Source of the DNA: Bacteroidota bacterium
Lineage (GTDB): Bacteria > Bacteroidota > Ignavibacteria > Kapaibacteriales > UBA2268
Direction: 5' to 3'
Length of the DNA stretch: 64,000 nt
Assembly: GCA_004322215.1 (NCBI GenBank)
Contig: SCSM01000007.1
Location: forward strand, 192,071 to 256,070
The notes beneath the pieces are model-generated. The model saw only the letters and a list, made by a program, of their open reading frames with translations, did not search any database and was not told where the DNA came from. The translations under genes and the position numbers were made by a program. Numbering within the stretch: the first letter of the stretch is position 1; every line of letters begins with the position of its first letter. Below, one piece after another: positions 40,767 through 50,686 of the stretch.

Positions 40767-41894
40767 ATGAAAAGAACAGCAGTAATAATGGCAGGCGGCT
40801 CAGGCGAGCGATTCTGGCCCCTAAGCCGTGCAAAAAAACCGAAGCAGTTGCTAAGTCTTGCTTCAGAAAAAACTATGCTCGAGGATTCGATTGAAAGAAT
40901 CACGCCTTTAATTAGTAAAGATGATATATTTATTATCACCAGCCAGCTTCTGCTAGAGCCAATCAGGAAAGCATTGACAGAGCTTCCTCCTGAGAACATA
41001 GTGGCTGAGCCATTAAAGAGAAATACTGCCCCCTGTCTTGCTCTTTCTGCCGGTTTCATCGCCGAAAGATATAAAGATGAAGGATCCAGTGAATCAGAAA
41101 TATCAATAGCTGTATTGACTGCAGACCAGAACATTTATCCTAATGATGAATTTATTCGCACTATTGAATCAGCTTTGAATTATGTCGAATCAAATCCTGC
41201 TCTTGCAACCATCGGTATTCAACCGGACAGACCTGAGACAGGATATGGTTATATCGAAGTGAATGAACCATTTTCTAAGATATCAAAAAATCCCGATATT
41301 AAACCAGTAGTCAGATTTCTCGAAAAACCAAGTATTGAGAAAGCCAACGAATTTTTAAAAAAAGGAAATTATCTTTGGAACAGCGGAATGTTTTTCTGGC
41401 GTCTCGATACTTTTATTAATACAATGATAAAATTCACTCCTGAAATAGGTCGCAAAATTGAAGATATTCGAAAAGGATACTCAAAAAAAACCAGGATTGC
41501 TTTGCCGGAAGCACTCGATAGGATTACTCCTATATTCGAGTCTTATCCTAATATCTCAATTGATTATGCCTTGATGGAAAATGCAGATAATGTAGTTGTA
41601 ACTAAAGCAACATTTATATGGGATGACATTGGCTCATGGGATTCTCTCGATAGGGTAAAAAAGCCGGATTCTGATGGAAATATTATTCAGGGTAATACAG
41701 CAATAATAGATACAAAAAATTCAGTGATTATCAATGCATCTATTAAAGACAAAATTATAGCTGGTTTCGGATTAGATGGATTTGTCATTGTTGCAACTGA
41801 TGATGCTATTCTGATTTGTCCGAAAGACAAAGTTCAGGATGTAAAGAAATGTGTCGAGAAAATACGGACTGAAAAAGGCGATAAATACCTGTAA
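40767..41894 (+). CDS. manC: Mannose-1-phosphate guanylyltransferase
   Basis: IMAGGSGERFWPLSR..KPKQ, EPLKRNTAP, PETGYGYI, FLEKP, WNSGMF, SIDYALME, WDDIGSW. Confidence 0.93.
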   Translation: MKRTAVIMAGGSGERFWPLSRAKKPKQLLSLASEKTMLEDSIERITPLISKDDIFIITSQLLLEPIRKALTELPPENIVAEPLKRNTAPCLALSAGFIAERYKDEGSSESEISIAVLTADQNIYPNDEFIRTIESALNYVESNPALATIGIQPDRPETGYGYIEVNEPFSKISKNPDIKPVVRFLEKPSIEKANEFLKKGNYLWNSGMFFWRLDTFINTMIKFTPEIGRKIEDIRKGYSKKTRIALPEALDRITPIFESYPNISIDYALMENADNVVVTKATFIWDDIGSWDSLDRVKKPDSDGNIIQGNTAIIDTKNSVIINASIKDKIIAGFGLDGFVIVATDDAILICPKDKVQDVKKCVEKIRTEKGDKYL

Positions 41895-41899
41895 TAAAT

Positions 41900-43156
41900 A
41901 TGCAAACATTATTCACAAATATCAACTCTCTCGTTACCGTTAATTCAAATGGCTGTCTAAAAAAATGCGGATACGAAATGTCAGACATCGGTGAAATCAA
42001 AGACGGTGCCTTGCTTTTCGATGATAATATTATCTGGGTGGGAACTACTGATGAAGCAAAAAGAAATATCCAATCTGGTGAAATCAAACCTGATAAAATA
42101 GTAGATATGAAAGGCAACACTATCCTACCGGGATTTGTAGATTCTCATACTCATATTGTTTTTGCAGGGGACAGAAGCAACGAATTTGCCAAGCGTCTTC
42201 GTGGTGCAACTTACCAGGAAATCGCTGCTGAAGGGGGAGGCATAATCGCAACTGTTAATGCAGTCAGAAATGCCTCAATTGATGAACTTGTCGAAAATGG
42301 TTTCAAACTTGCAATGAGTGCATTACGTCACGGCACTACAGCAATGGAAATAAAAAGCGGATATGGACTCGATTTGAAAAATGAATTAAAAATGCTCCAG
42401 GCAATTAAGAAATTAAAGGATATGGTTCCGATTACATTAAAATCCACTTTTCTCGGAGCACATGATATCCCGCCTGAATACCAAAACAATAGAGATAAAT
42501 ATGTTGACTTAATCTGTAATGAAATGCTCACTGCTGTTGCAGAGCAAAATCTGGCAGATTATTGCGACGCCTTCATTGATAAAGGATACTATACTATAGA
42601 ACAGGGAGAAAGAATATTCCAAACTGCTCTTGATTTAGGTTTGAAGCTGAAAGTACATGCAGATGAACTTGCTGATGTTTCTGCAGCATCACTTGCGGCA
42701 AAGATGGTTGCAGTTTCTGCCGACCACCTCCTTTTCATTTCTGATAAAGGTATAGAAGACATGAAAAAGTCAGGCACAATTGCAACTCTTCTTCCCGGTA
42801 CCGCATACTTCATAAGGATGCCTTATGCCCCTGCACGAAAGATGCTCGAGGAAGGTCTTGCGGTTGCAATTGCAACAGACTGCAATCCCGGTTCCTGCTT
42901 CACAGAAAACATGCAAATCATTTTATCACTTGCTGTAATCAATATGAAAATGACAGCCGAAGAAGCTATATCTGCCGCTACACTGAACGGCGCCGCCGCA
43001 CTCGAATTATCTGACAGAATGGGTTCGCTCGAACCCGGCAAAGAAGCAAATTTCATTGTTTGTAATACACCTTCATACACTGATATATTTTATCATTTTG
43101 CTGTGAATCATGTCAGTGAGGTGTGGGTGAAAGGAGAAAAATTAATTACTAATTAA
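41900..43156 (+). CDS. hutI: Imidazolonepropionase
   Basis: PGFVDSHTH, EIKSGYGL, HADEL, ATDCNPGS. Confidence 0.95.
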   Translation: MQTLFTNINSLVTVNSNGCLKKCGYEMSDIGEIKDGALLFDDNIIWVGTTDEAKRNIQSGEIKPDKIVDMKGNTILPGFVDSHTHIVFAGDRSNEFAKRLRGATYQEIAAEGGGIIATVNAVRNASIDELVENGFKLAMSALRHGTTAMEIKSGYGLDLKNELKMLQAIKKLKDMVPITLKSTFLGAHDIPPEYQNNRDKYVDLICNEMLTAVAEQNLADYCDAFIDKGYYTIEQGERIFQTALDLGLKLKVHADELADVSAASLAAKMVAVSADHLLFISDKGIEDMKKSGTIATLLPGTAYFIRMPYAPARKMLEEGLAVAIATDCNPGSCFTENMQIILSLAVINMKMTAEEAISAATLNGAAALELSDRMGSLEPGKEANFIVCNTPSYTDIFYHFAVNHVSEVWVKGEKLITN

Positions 43157-43359
43157 AAAATTTTATTTGATGAGTAAATATTTTTATTTTCTATCGTCTT
43201 AATTTTCTTAAAAATACTCATTTCATTACATGATTAATAATAAAAATAAATTACTATGAATAATCAGTATGTGCAAAAATGGCACTTACTAAGAAAAAAT
43301 TTATATAAAGGTGTAGATAATCAATTATTCGTTATTTTTTTCACCACTCGGAGGATTTT

Positions 43360-44364
43360 ATGAAAGTTTTAAAAATTATACTCATTATTTTAGTTTCTCT
43401 TTTTGCATTAATAGTTCTTGTAGGGCTGTTACTGCCTTCCAAAGTATCAATGGAAAGGAAAATCACAATTGATGCTCCTGCTTCTGTTGTATATGGCATT
43501 CTAAATGACATGCACAATTTCCACCTATGGTCACCCTGGACAAGTATGGACTCGAATATGAAATACAAGGTAAGTGGTCCGGCTGGAGTCGGCTCTACTT
43601 ATGAATGGGACAGTAAAGTCTCAGACCTTGGAAAAGGAAAAATGAAAATCATCAAATCAGAGCCAAATAAATACATTCAGGTTCAGCTAAATTTCGGTGA
43701 TGAGGGAAATGATTATTCCCCTTTTAAATTGACTGAAGAAAACGGAAAGACTACAGTTGTATGGGGATTTGATGCTAACCTCGGAAACAGTCCGTTTTTT
43801 AAATACTTTGGTTTGTTTATGGAAAGCATGGCAGGTCCACAATACGATAAGGGTTTGAAGTCTTTAAAGGTAATGGCAGAAAAAATCCATAAAATGATTT
43901 CCGGTATCCCAATCACAATCGAGCAATTCCCGGGTCAAAAGCTTTATTCAGTGCTTGATTCTTGCAAAATGGAAATGAATGAAATATCAGCGGCATATAC
44001 TAAGGCATTTAAAGAAATTGCGGAATTTTGCGGAAAAAACAAAATTCAGTGTACCGGCGCTCCTTTGTCACTGATGAATTCTTACACAAATATTTATTCA
44101 TTTGAAGCATCGTTTCCTGTTGTGGATAATAAATCCAAACTCGAAGGAAGAATCATTGCATCGGCCATTCCTGCTTGCAAAGTAGTCAAGGCAGTATATA
44201 CAGGACCTTATAATAATATGATACCTGCTTACGATAAAATCATTGCTTATATTAAAGATAATAAACTTGAAATTAACGGAAGGTCCTGGGAACAATACAT
44301 CAGCGACCCGAACAGCACTCCAGAGGATAAATTAATCACGCATATATATTTCCCTGTAAAATAA
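43360..44364 (+). CDS. SRPBCC (START-like) + GyrI-like small-molecule-binding protein with N-terminal anchor
   Basis: ERKITIDAP...WSPW...YDKGLKSLK; GPYNNM..AY...WEQYISDP. Confidence 0.85.
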   Translation: MKVLKIILIILVSLFALIVLVGLLLPSKVSMERKITIDAPASVVYGILNDMHNFHLWSPWTSMDSNMKYKVSGPAGVGSTYEWDSKVSDLGKGKMKIIKSEPNKYIQVQLNFGDEGNDYSPFKLTEENGKTTVVWGFDANLGNSPFFKYFGLFMESMAGPQYDKGLKSLKVMAEKIHKMISGIPITIEQFPGQKLYSVLDSCKMEMNEISAAYTKAFKEIAEFCGKNKIQCTGAPLSLMNSYTNIYSFEASFPVVDNKSKLEGRIIASAIPACKVVKAVYTGPYNNMIPAYDKIIAYIKDNKLEINGRSWEQYISDPNSTPEDKLITHIYFPVK

Positions 44365-44373
44365 ATTAACAAA

Positions 44374-44400
44374 CCCTGTCAGGAGTTACTCCTGACAGGG
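44374..44400. terminator. Hairpin (likely bidirectional terminator) between convergent genes
   Basis: CCCTGTCAGGAG-tta-CTCCTGACAGGG, perfect 12-bp stem. Confidence 0.75.
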
Positions 44401-44426
44401 AATTTATTGATAAATATTACTAAAAT

Positions 44427-46508
44427 TTATTTCTGTTTTTCCTTCTCTTTTTCCTGGAATTCTTTCAACACTTTTTCCTGTATATCCTTGCTCAAAGCTA
44501 CATATTTGTGAAATTCCATAGAGTAATTAGCTCTTCCGCTCGATATGCTTCTCAATGCAGTAGCATAGCCGAACATTTCCTTCAATGGTACAAATCCGTT
44601 AAGTTTTTGAGAACCTTTCCTGTAACGTCTCATTGATTCGATTTTCCCTCTGCGTTTGCTTAGGTCGCCAACAACGTTTCCTATATAATCATCAGGTGTG
44701 TTGATTTCAATTTTCATTTGCGGTTCGAGGATAATAGGATTCGCCTTCATAAAACCTTCCTTGAAAGCAATTGATGCACATGTTTTGAAAGCCATATCGG
44801 ATGAATCAACTGCATGGAAACTTCCGTCAACAAGCACTACCCTGACATCAACAACAGGCGATTTTGTAAGTATTCCTTCTTCAAGTGTTGCTTCTATTCC
44901 TTTCCTTACCGATGGTATGTACTCTGCAGGAATAGCACCACCTTTAATATGGTCAACAAATTCAAAACCTTTACCGTCATTTGGTTCAAGCCGCAATACT
45001 ACATGTGCGAATTGTCCCTTGCCTCCGGTCTGTTTGACGTGCCGGTAATTACTTTCTGCCTCGATTGTTATTGTTTCACGATAAGCAATGGACGGCTCTC
45101 CCACTTGTGGTTCAACTCCAAATTCGGTTTTCAGCCGGTCAATTATTATTTCAAGGTGAAGCTCACCCATTCCTGAAATAATTGTTTCATTCAATTCCGG
45201 GTCAAAATGAAAGTGGAAAGACGGGTCTTCCATTGCCAGTTTCCTGAGAGATTCACCCAGCTTCTTCTCATCATTTTTTGTTGCAGGTGTAACTTTCATT
45301 TCAATTACGGATGGAGGTATAAATATAGATTCAAGGAAAATCGGGTTCTTCGGGTCACAAAGCGAGTCTCCTGTTTTCGTATTCTTCATTCCAATGAAAG
45401 CAACTATATCCCCTGGGTAGGCAGTATCAACTTCTTCCCTTTCCTTTGCATGAATTTTCATAATCCTGCCGATTCTCTCCATCTGATTTTTTGTTGTATT
45501 CATCACCTGCATCCCTGCTTTGATTTCACCTGAATACACTCTCACAAATGTTTGTTGTCCTACGAACGGGTCATGTATGATTTTGAATGCAAGTGCTGAA
45601 AAAGGGTCTTTATTGCTTGGATGACGCGGATGATTTTTCTCTGCATCGTCAATGTCAATACCCATAACTGCACCCTTATCAATAGGTGATGGAAGATATT
45701 CAACAACTGAATCAAGTAATGTTCGAACTCCTTTATTTTTATATGCAGCCCCGCAAAAGACAGGTGTAATCAAGAGTTTCAGCGTAGCGTCCCTTGCCGC
45801 TTCTTTCAGATAATCTGGTGGAACTTCCTTGCCATCGAGATAAAGTTCCATTATACAATCATTATAATCAGCAAGTTTTTCTATCATGAAAGTTCTTGCT
45901 TCTTCGCATTGCTTTTTGTATTCTTCTGGAACTTCAACAATATTTCTTTTCAAATCTTCTGTGAATAAATGTGCTTTTCTTTCAATTACATCTATCATAC
46001 CATTGAAATTATCTTCTGCTCCGATTGGGATGTAAAAGGGGACTGGATTTGCATTCAGATATTTATCCATAGACTGAACTGCTTCGTGAAAATCCGCACC
46101 GGTTCTGTCCATTTTATTGATGAATGCTATCCTGGGAACTTTGTATCTGTCTGCCTGGTTCCATACGGTTTCACTCTGCGGTTGTACCCCGGCTACGCCA
46201 CAAAAAACGGCAACCATTCCGTCAATAACACGAAGTGAACGTTCCACTTCAACTGTAAAATCCACGTGACCGGGTGTATCTATTATATTAATCTGATTAT
46301 CTTCCCAATTGCAGGAAATTGCAGCAGAGGCAATTGTAATTCCCCTCTCCTGTTCCTGCTTCATAAAGTCCATTGTGGCTTCGCCGTCATGCACTTCTCC
46401 CAATTTGCGTGTTTCACCGGTGAAGAATAACATTCTTTCAGTCACAGTTGTTTTGCCGGCATCAATGTGTGCAGCAATACCTATATTTCGTACATTATTT
46501 AAAGGCAT
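44427..46508 (-). CDS. fusA: Elongation factor G (stand-alone copy)
   Basis: [45 protein letters not shown]; no rpsL/rpsG/tuf neighbours. Confidence 0.93.
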   Translation of the reverse strand: MPLNNVRNIGIAAHIDAGKTTVTERMLFFTGETRKLGEVHDGEATMDFMKQEQERGITIASAAISCNWEDNQINIIDTPGHVDFTVEVERSLRVIDGMVAVFCGVAGVQPQSETVWNQADRYKVPRIAFINKMDRTGADFHEAVQSMDKYLNANPVPFYIPIGAEDNFNGMIDVIERKAHLFTEDLKRNIVEVPEEYKKQCEEARTFMIEKLADYNDCIMELYLDGKEVPPDYLKEAARDATLKLLITPVFCGAAYKNKGVRTLLDSVVEYLPSPIDKGAVMGIDIDDAEKNHPRHPSNKDPFSALAFKIIHDPFVGQQTFVRVYSGEIKAGMQVMNTTKNQMERIGRIMKIHAKEREEVDTAYPGDIVAFIGMKNTKTGDSLCDPKNPIFLESIFIPPSVIEMKVTPATKNDEKKLGESLRKLAMEDPSFHFHFDPELNETIISGMGELHLEIIIDRLKTEFGVEPQVGEPSIAYRETITIEAESNYRHVKQTGGKGQFAHVVLRLEPNDGKGFEFVDHIKGGAIPAEYIPSVRKGIEATLEEGILTKSPVVDVRVVLVDGSFHAVDSSDMAFKTCASIAFKEGFMKANPIILEPQMKIEINTPDDYIGNVVGDLSKRRGKIESMRRYRKGSQKLNGFVPLKEMFGYATALRSISSGRANYSMEFHKYVALSKDIQEKVLKEFQEKEKEKQK

Positions 46509-46640
46509 TTAATAACTCCTAATGCTGAGAGTAGTTTTAAAAAAACTAATTTCAGTAATTCGATTAATCTATAAAGCTAATATTAGACGGTAAAATATAT
46601 TTTATATTTTGAACTATTTGAGTAATTAAGATGAATTATA

Positions 46641-48782
46641 TTAATATTCTATCTGAACAATATTTCCGGTTGATAATGATTCATCGACTGCGAATGTAGT
46701 GAGAGTTACTGCCCTTATGTCTTCATAATTAATAGGCATTTGTTTACCATGTCTTATTGATTCAATTGTCGCAAGAATTTCTTCTCTGTGTCCCTTTTTT
46801 CCGTCGAATCTTTTCCAGTTGGATTTTCCTCCCCTAACTAATTCTACGGAGACAAAATTATTCATCACTGCAATACTGTTCTCACAGAATACTTCACAAT
46901 ATTCCTTATCAACTGAAGTGTCCCCGTTTGAAAGATAATTTATCACCCCGGTCGAGCCGTCTGAGAATTTAATAGTTACTACTATATTATCCCTGTCAAT
47001 TGCTTCCTGGCTGGAGAATGAAAGCGATTCGGCAAATATATGAACCGGTTTTGAACCTGTCAGAAATACCATGCAGTCAACGAAATGACATACCTCACCA
47101 ATAATTCTTCCACCTTGTTCAGGATTTTGAATCCAATGAGTTTTGGGAATAAATCCCGCATTGACTCGATATGAAATGAACATCGGATTTTTTCTGAACT
47201 CAAAGAACTTTGCTATTTCCCTGAATGATTCTGAAAATCTTCGGTTGAAGCCGACCATAACTCTGCCATTGCTATTCAACACTGCTTCATCTATTTCTCT
47301 GAGCTCATCAGGATTGATTGCAAGGGGTTTTTCAACAAATACAGGTTTCCCGGATTTAATTGATTCAAGTACATATTTAGCATGAGTATTATGCCATGAA
47401 GCACAAAAAACTGTATTAACAGCAGGATTATTGATTAACTCTTCTGAATCTGTCGAACTGTAATGAAATCCGAATTTCTTTGCTACGGATTGTGACTCAA
47501 CAGGTGAAGAAGTAGAAACTCCTACAAGAGAAATATCATTTGCTTTCAAACTCGGCAAAATATAAAATTGTGCATGTGAGCCGGCACCAATGAATCCGAT
47601 ATTTATTTCTCGCTTTGGCTCTGATTTGACAGGCATTGTTATTGTCCTCTTCAAATCTACAGATTTATCTTTATACTTGATCAAAATCCCAAGATATTTT
47701 TCTTCAATTTTTCCTGTCAGCATATCATATGCATCAGTTGCAACTTCAATTGGAACAATGTGTGTAGTCAGGGAATTTACATCTAATTTTTTCTGAGACA
47801 TTAACTCGAGTATGGATTGCATATTCCTGTTTTCAGTCCACCTCACATAAGCAGGAGGATAGTCCTGCCCAAGCAGTTCATAGTTGCTGTCGTATCTCCC
47901 TGGACCATAGCTGCATGATATTTTAATATCAAGCTCTTTTTCATAAAACGGGGAACGTGGAATAGTAATTCCGATATCACCGACAATAACAACTTTACCT
48001 TTCTTTCTTGATAATTTTATTGCCAAATCAATAGGTTCATTCGATGGTGTACTTGCTGTTATAATCACAGCATCACAGCCGATACCTTTAGTCAAAGAGG
48101 TTATTGTCTTGACAGAATCAGTATTGCTCGGATAAACAGCATTACAACCATATTCGAGTGCTTTATCGAATAATTCTTCATTGACGTCCATTCCAATGAC
48201 TGTACAGCCCGAAGCTTTGAGAAGTTGAACAGTAATTTGTCCGATTAGCCCCAATCCAATCACAGCAACAGTTTCACCTAATCGGACATCGGCTTGACGT
48301 ACCCCTTGCATTGCTATAGAAGCAACTGTTGTGTAAGCCGCTTCTTCGAAAGATACTCCATCAGGAATCTTTACGGCAAGATTTTTCGGAACGGTTAGCA
48401 CTTCTGCATGTACTGCTATTCCCGCTCCTGCACAGGCAACACGGTCGCCGACAGAAAACTCGTTACATCCCGATTCGAGCACAATACCCGATGCACTATA
48501 ACCCAATACCTTGTAAGAATCAAGCTTCGTCTGTACTTTGTTAAAAGTTGAAATCAACCCTTCTTTTCTGATATTATCAAAAACAGTCTTAACCTGTTCC
48601 GGTTGCTTCTTAGCTCTTTGTATGAGCGATGCCTGTGCGCCAGTTACTGAGGTTTTTTCAGTTCCTGCACTAATCAAAGAGAAAGCAGTTTTTACAAGTA
48701 TTCCTTCTTTCATGCAAAAGGGGGCAGGAAGTTCCTCAACAGAAACCACCCCCGATTTTTGATGCTGTACGACCTGAAGCAT
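46641..48782 (-). CDS. Bi-domain oxidoreductase (Zn-ADH-like + Gfo/Idh/MocA)
   Basis: ISAGTE, GLGLIG, SYGPGRYD, VFVEKP, GFNRRF, GEVCHFVD. Confidence 0.88.
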   Translation of the reverse strand: MLQVVQHQKSGVVSVEELPAPFCMKEGILVKTAFSLISAGTEKTSVTGAQASLIQRAKKQPEQVKTVFDNIRKEGLISTFNKVQTKLDSYKVLGYSASGIVLESGCNEFSVGDRVACAGAGIAVHAEVLTVPKNLAVKIPDGVSFEEAAYTTVASIAMQGVRQADVRLGETVAVIGLGLIGQITVQLLKASGCTVIGMDVNEELFDKALEYGCNAVYPSNTDSVKTITSLTKGIGCDAVIITASTPSNEPIDLAIKLSRKKGKVVIVGDIGITIPRSPFYEKELDIKISCSYGPGRYDSNYELLGQDYPPAYVRWTENRNMQSILELMSQKKLDVNSLTTHIVPIEVATDAYDMLTGKIEEKYLGILIKYKDKSVDLKRTITMPVKSEPKREINIGFIGAGSHAQFYILPSLKANDISLVGVSTSSPVESQSVAKKFGFHYSSTDSEELINNPAVNTVFCASWHNTHAKYVLESIKSGKPVFVEKPLAINPDELREIDEAVLNSNGRVMVGFNRRFSESFREIAKFFEFRKNPMFISYRVNAGFIPKTHWIQNPEQGGRIIGEVCHFVDCMVFLTGSKPVHIFAESLSFSSQEAIDRDNIVVTIKFSDGSTGVINYLSNGDTSVDKEYCEVFCENSIAVMNNFVSVELVRGGKSNWKRFDGKKGHREEILATIESIRHGKQMPINYEDIRAVTLTTFAVDESLSTGNIVQIEY

Positions 48783-48898
48783 AGAATTTTTAAATAAAAT
48801 TTGTCATATTATAAACTACAAATTTATTAAATTTCAGGGCAATAAATTATAAATAATTTGGTAAATTATATTGATTTATATGAAATTTGAGCTATAAC

Positions 48899-49765
48899 AT
48901 GAAAAAATATCTATCAAAATCTCAGATTGAAGAATTGAAGCAGGATTTCAAAGAAAATCTTAAGGGTTTCGTTCAGACATTAAAATCAAATGTTTCAACA
49001 AAGTCAAATGAATGGACAATTAAGGGATTTATTGATGTTTTCAAAAATATTTATACTATATCTGCAGATACAAAAATTATTTCAAAAATTTTAGAAATTC
49101 ATATTTTTCCCAAACTTTTAGATTTTGCAAAAGAAAATTCCTTTAAACTTGTTTTACCAGACCATCAAAATTATTATCCAGACATTTCATTGATTCATTC
49201 ACAAAACGATAATATTAAATTCGCAATTGACCTTAAAACTACTTATCGTTTACCCGATAATCCTGATTTCTGTAATGGATTCACTCTTGGCTCCCATGGT
49301 GAATATTTCATAAACAGAAGCAGTAAGAAAAATATTCAATTTCCATATAATGAATATTTAGGTCATTTTTGTTTAGGTATAATTTATACAAGAAATGCCC
49401 CAGAAAATATTGATGAAACAAAAGTATATTCAATTGATAAATTAAAATCCATTTCTTCTGTAATTAAGGATTTTGAATTTTTCGTTTGCGAGAAATGGGA
49501 AATAGCAAGCGACAAGAGCGGTTCCGGAAATACTGCAAATATTGGCAGTATAAATAAAATTGAAGACATTATCAACGGAAATGGAACCTTTAAGAAACTA
49601 GGTGAAAAAATATTTGATGATTATTGGATGAATTATAGAAAAATTTCAATTATAAATGACAAGGGAATCGAAAAGAAAATTACGAAGCTGGTCGAATTTT
49701 TAAATTACAGAGGAATTAAATCTGAAAATATTAACAAAAAAGCAAAAAGAGGAAGGAAAATATGA
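48899..49765 (+). CDS. EcoRV-like type II restriction endonuclease
   Basis: DTKIISKILE, QNYYPD, AIDLKTTY (PD...DxK), FTLGS, recognition loop GSGNTANIGS; ATG at 48899 preferred over the TTG start. Confidence 0.88.
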   Translation: MKKYLSKSQIEELKQDFKENLKGFVQTLKSNVSTKSNEWTIKGFIDVFKNIYTISADTKIISKILEIHIFPKLLDFAKENSFKLVLPDHQNYYPDISLIHSQNDNIKFAIDLKTTYRLPDNPDFCNGFTLGSHGEYFINRSSKKNIQFPYNEYLGHFCLGIIYTRNAPENIDETKVYSIDKLKSISSVIKDFEFFVCEKWEIASDKSGSGNTANIGSINKIEDIINGNGTFKKLGEKIFDDYWMNYRKISIINDKGIEKKITKLVEFLNYRGIKSENINKKAKRGRKI

Positions 49766-50679
49766 AAATATTTGTTCCTCCAATAAAATGCCAGGGTATA
49801 AAAACCAAACTTGTAAGCTGGATAAAAGATAATTTATCTGATAATAAGTTTGACAGGTGGATTGAACCATTCATGGGTTCAGGTGTCGTTGGATTTAATG
49901 TTCGTCCTCATAAAGCAATTTTTGCAGACACAAATATTCATTTAATCAATTTTTATAATGCTGTTAAAACGGGTGAAATCACACCAGCTATAGCACGATA
50001 TTTCCTGGAATTGGAAGGTATGAAACTTGCTAAATCCGGGCAGAAATACTTCAACGAAGTTCGTGAAAGATTTAATATGGATTTTAAATCCCTTGACTTC
50101 TTATTTTTAAATCGCTCATGCTTTAACGGAATGATTCGATTTAATAGATATGGTAAATTCAATGTTCCATTCGGTCACAAACCAAATAGATTCTCAAAAG
50201 CATACATAACAAAAATTGTAAATCAGATAGATTACATTTCACAAGCTGTGAAAATATTAGATTGGCAGTTTGTTTGCAGGGATTTCAGGGAAACGTTGAA
50301 TGAACTCAATAAAAATGATTTTGTTTACTGCGACCCGCCTTATTTAGGAAGGCATGTTGATTATTTCGATTCATGGAACGAGGAAGATGAAAAAGATTTA
50401 TTCAATTTATTAGACAATTCAAACTGTAAGTATATCCTCTCGACATGGCACAGCAACCAATATAGAAGTAACAAGGAAATTGACAAATATATTCGGCAAA
50501 ACATACAAACAAAGGAGCATTTTTATCATGTCGGAGCCAGCGAGAAAAACCGAAATGCTATGACAGAAGCATTAATATCGAATTATATGCTCCCAAAACA
50601 AAAGATAGATTATACAATACCAACAGGTGTGCAGTTGCAGATTATGGAGCCAAAAAGGAAGTATAAATTAAGAAAGTAA
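49762..50679 (+). CDS. Dam/M.EcoRV-type N6-adenine DNA methyltransferase
   Basis: PPIKCQGIKTKL, EPFMGSGVV, LNRSCFNGMIRFN, DPPY; ATGA overlap with the REase. Confidence 0.92.
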   Translation: MKIFVPPIKCQGIKTKLVSWIKDNLSDNKFDRWIEPFMGSGVVGFNVRPHKAIFADTNIHLINFYNAVKTGEITPAIARYFLELEGMKLAKSGQKYFNEVRERFNMDFKSLDFLFLNRSCFNGMIRFNRYGKFNVPFGHKPNRFSKAYITKIVNQIDYISQAVKILDWQFVCRDFRETLNELNKNDFVYCDPPYLGRHVDYFDSWNEEDEKDLFNLLDNSNCKYILSTWHSNQYRSNKEIDKYIRQNIQTKEHFYHVGASEKNRNAMTEALISNYMLPKQKIDYTIPTGVQLQIMEPKRKYKLRK

Positions 50680-50686
50680 TTTTAAA

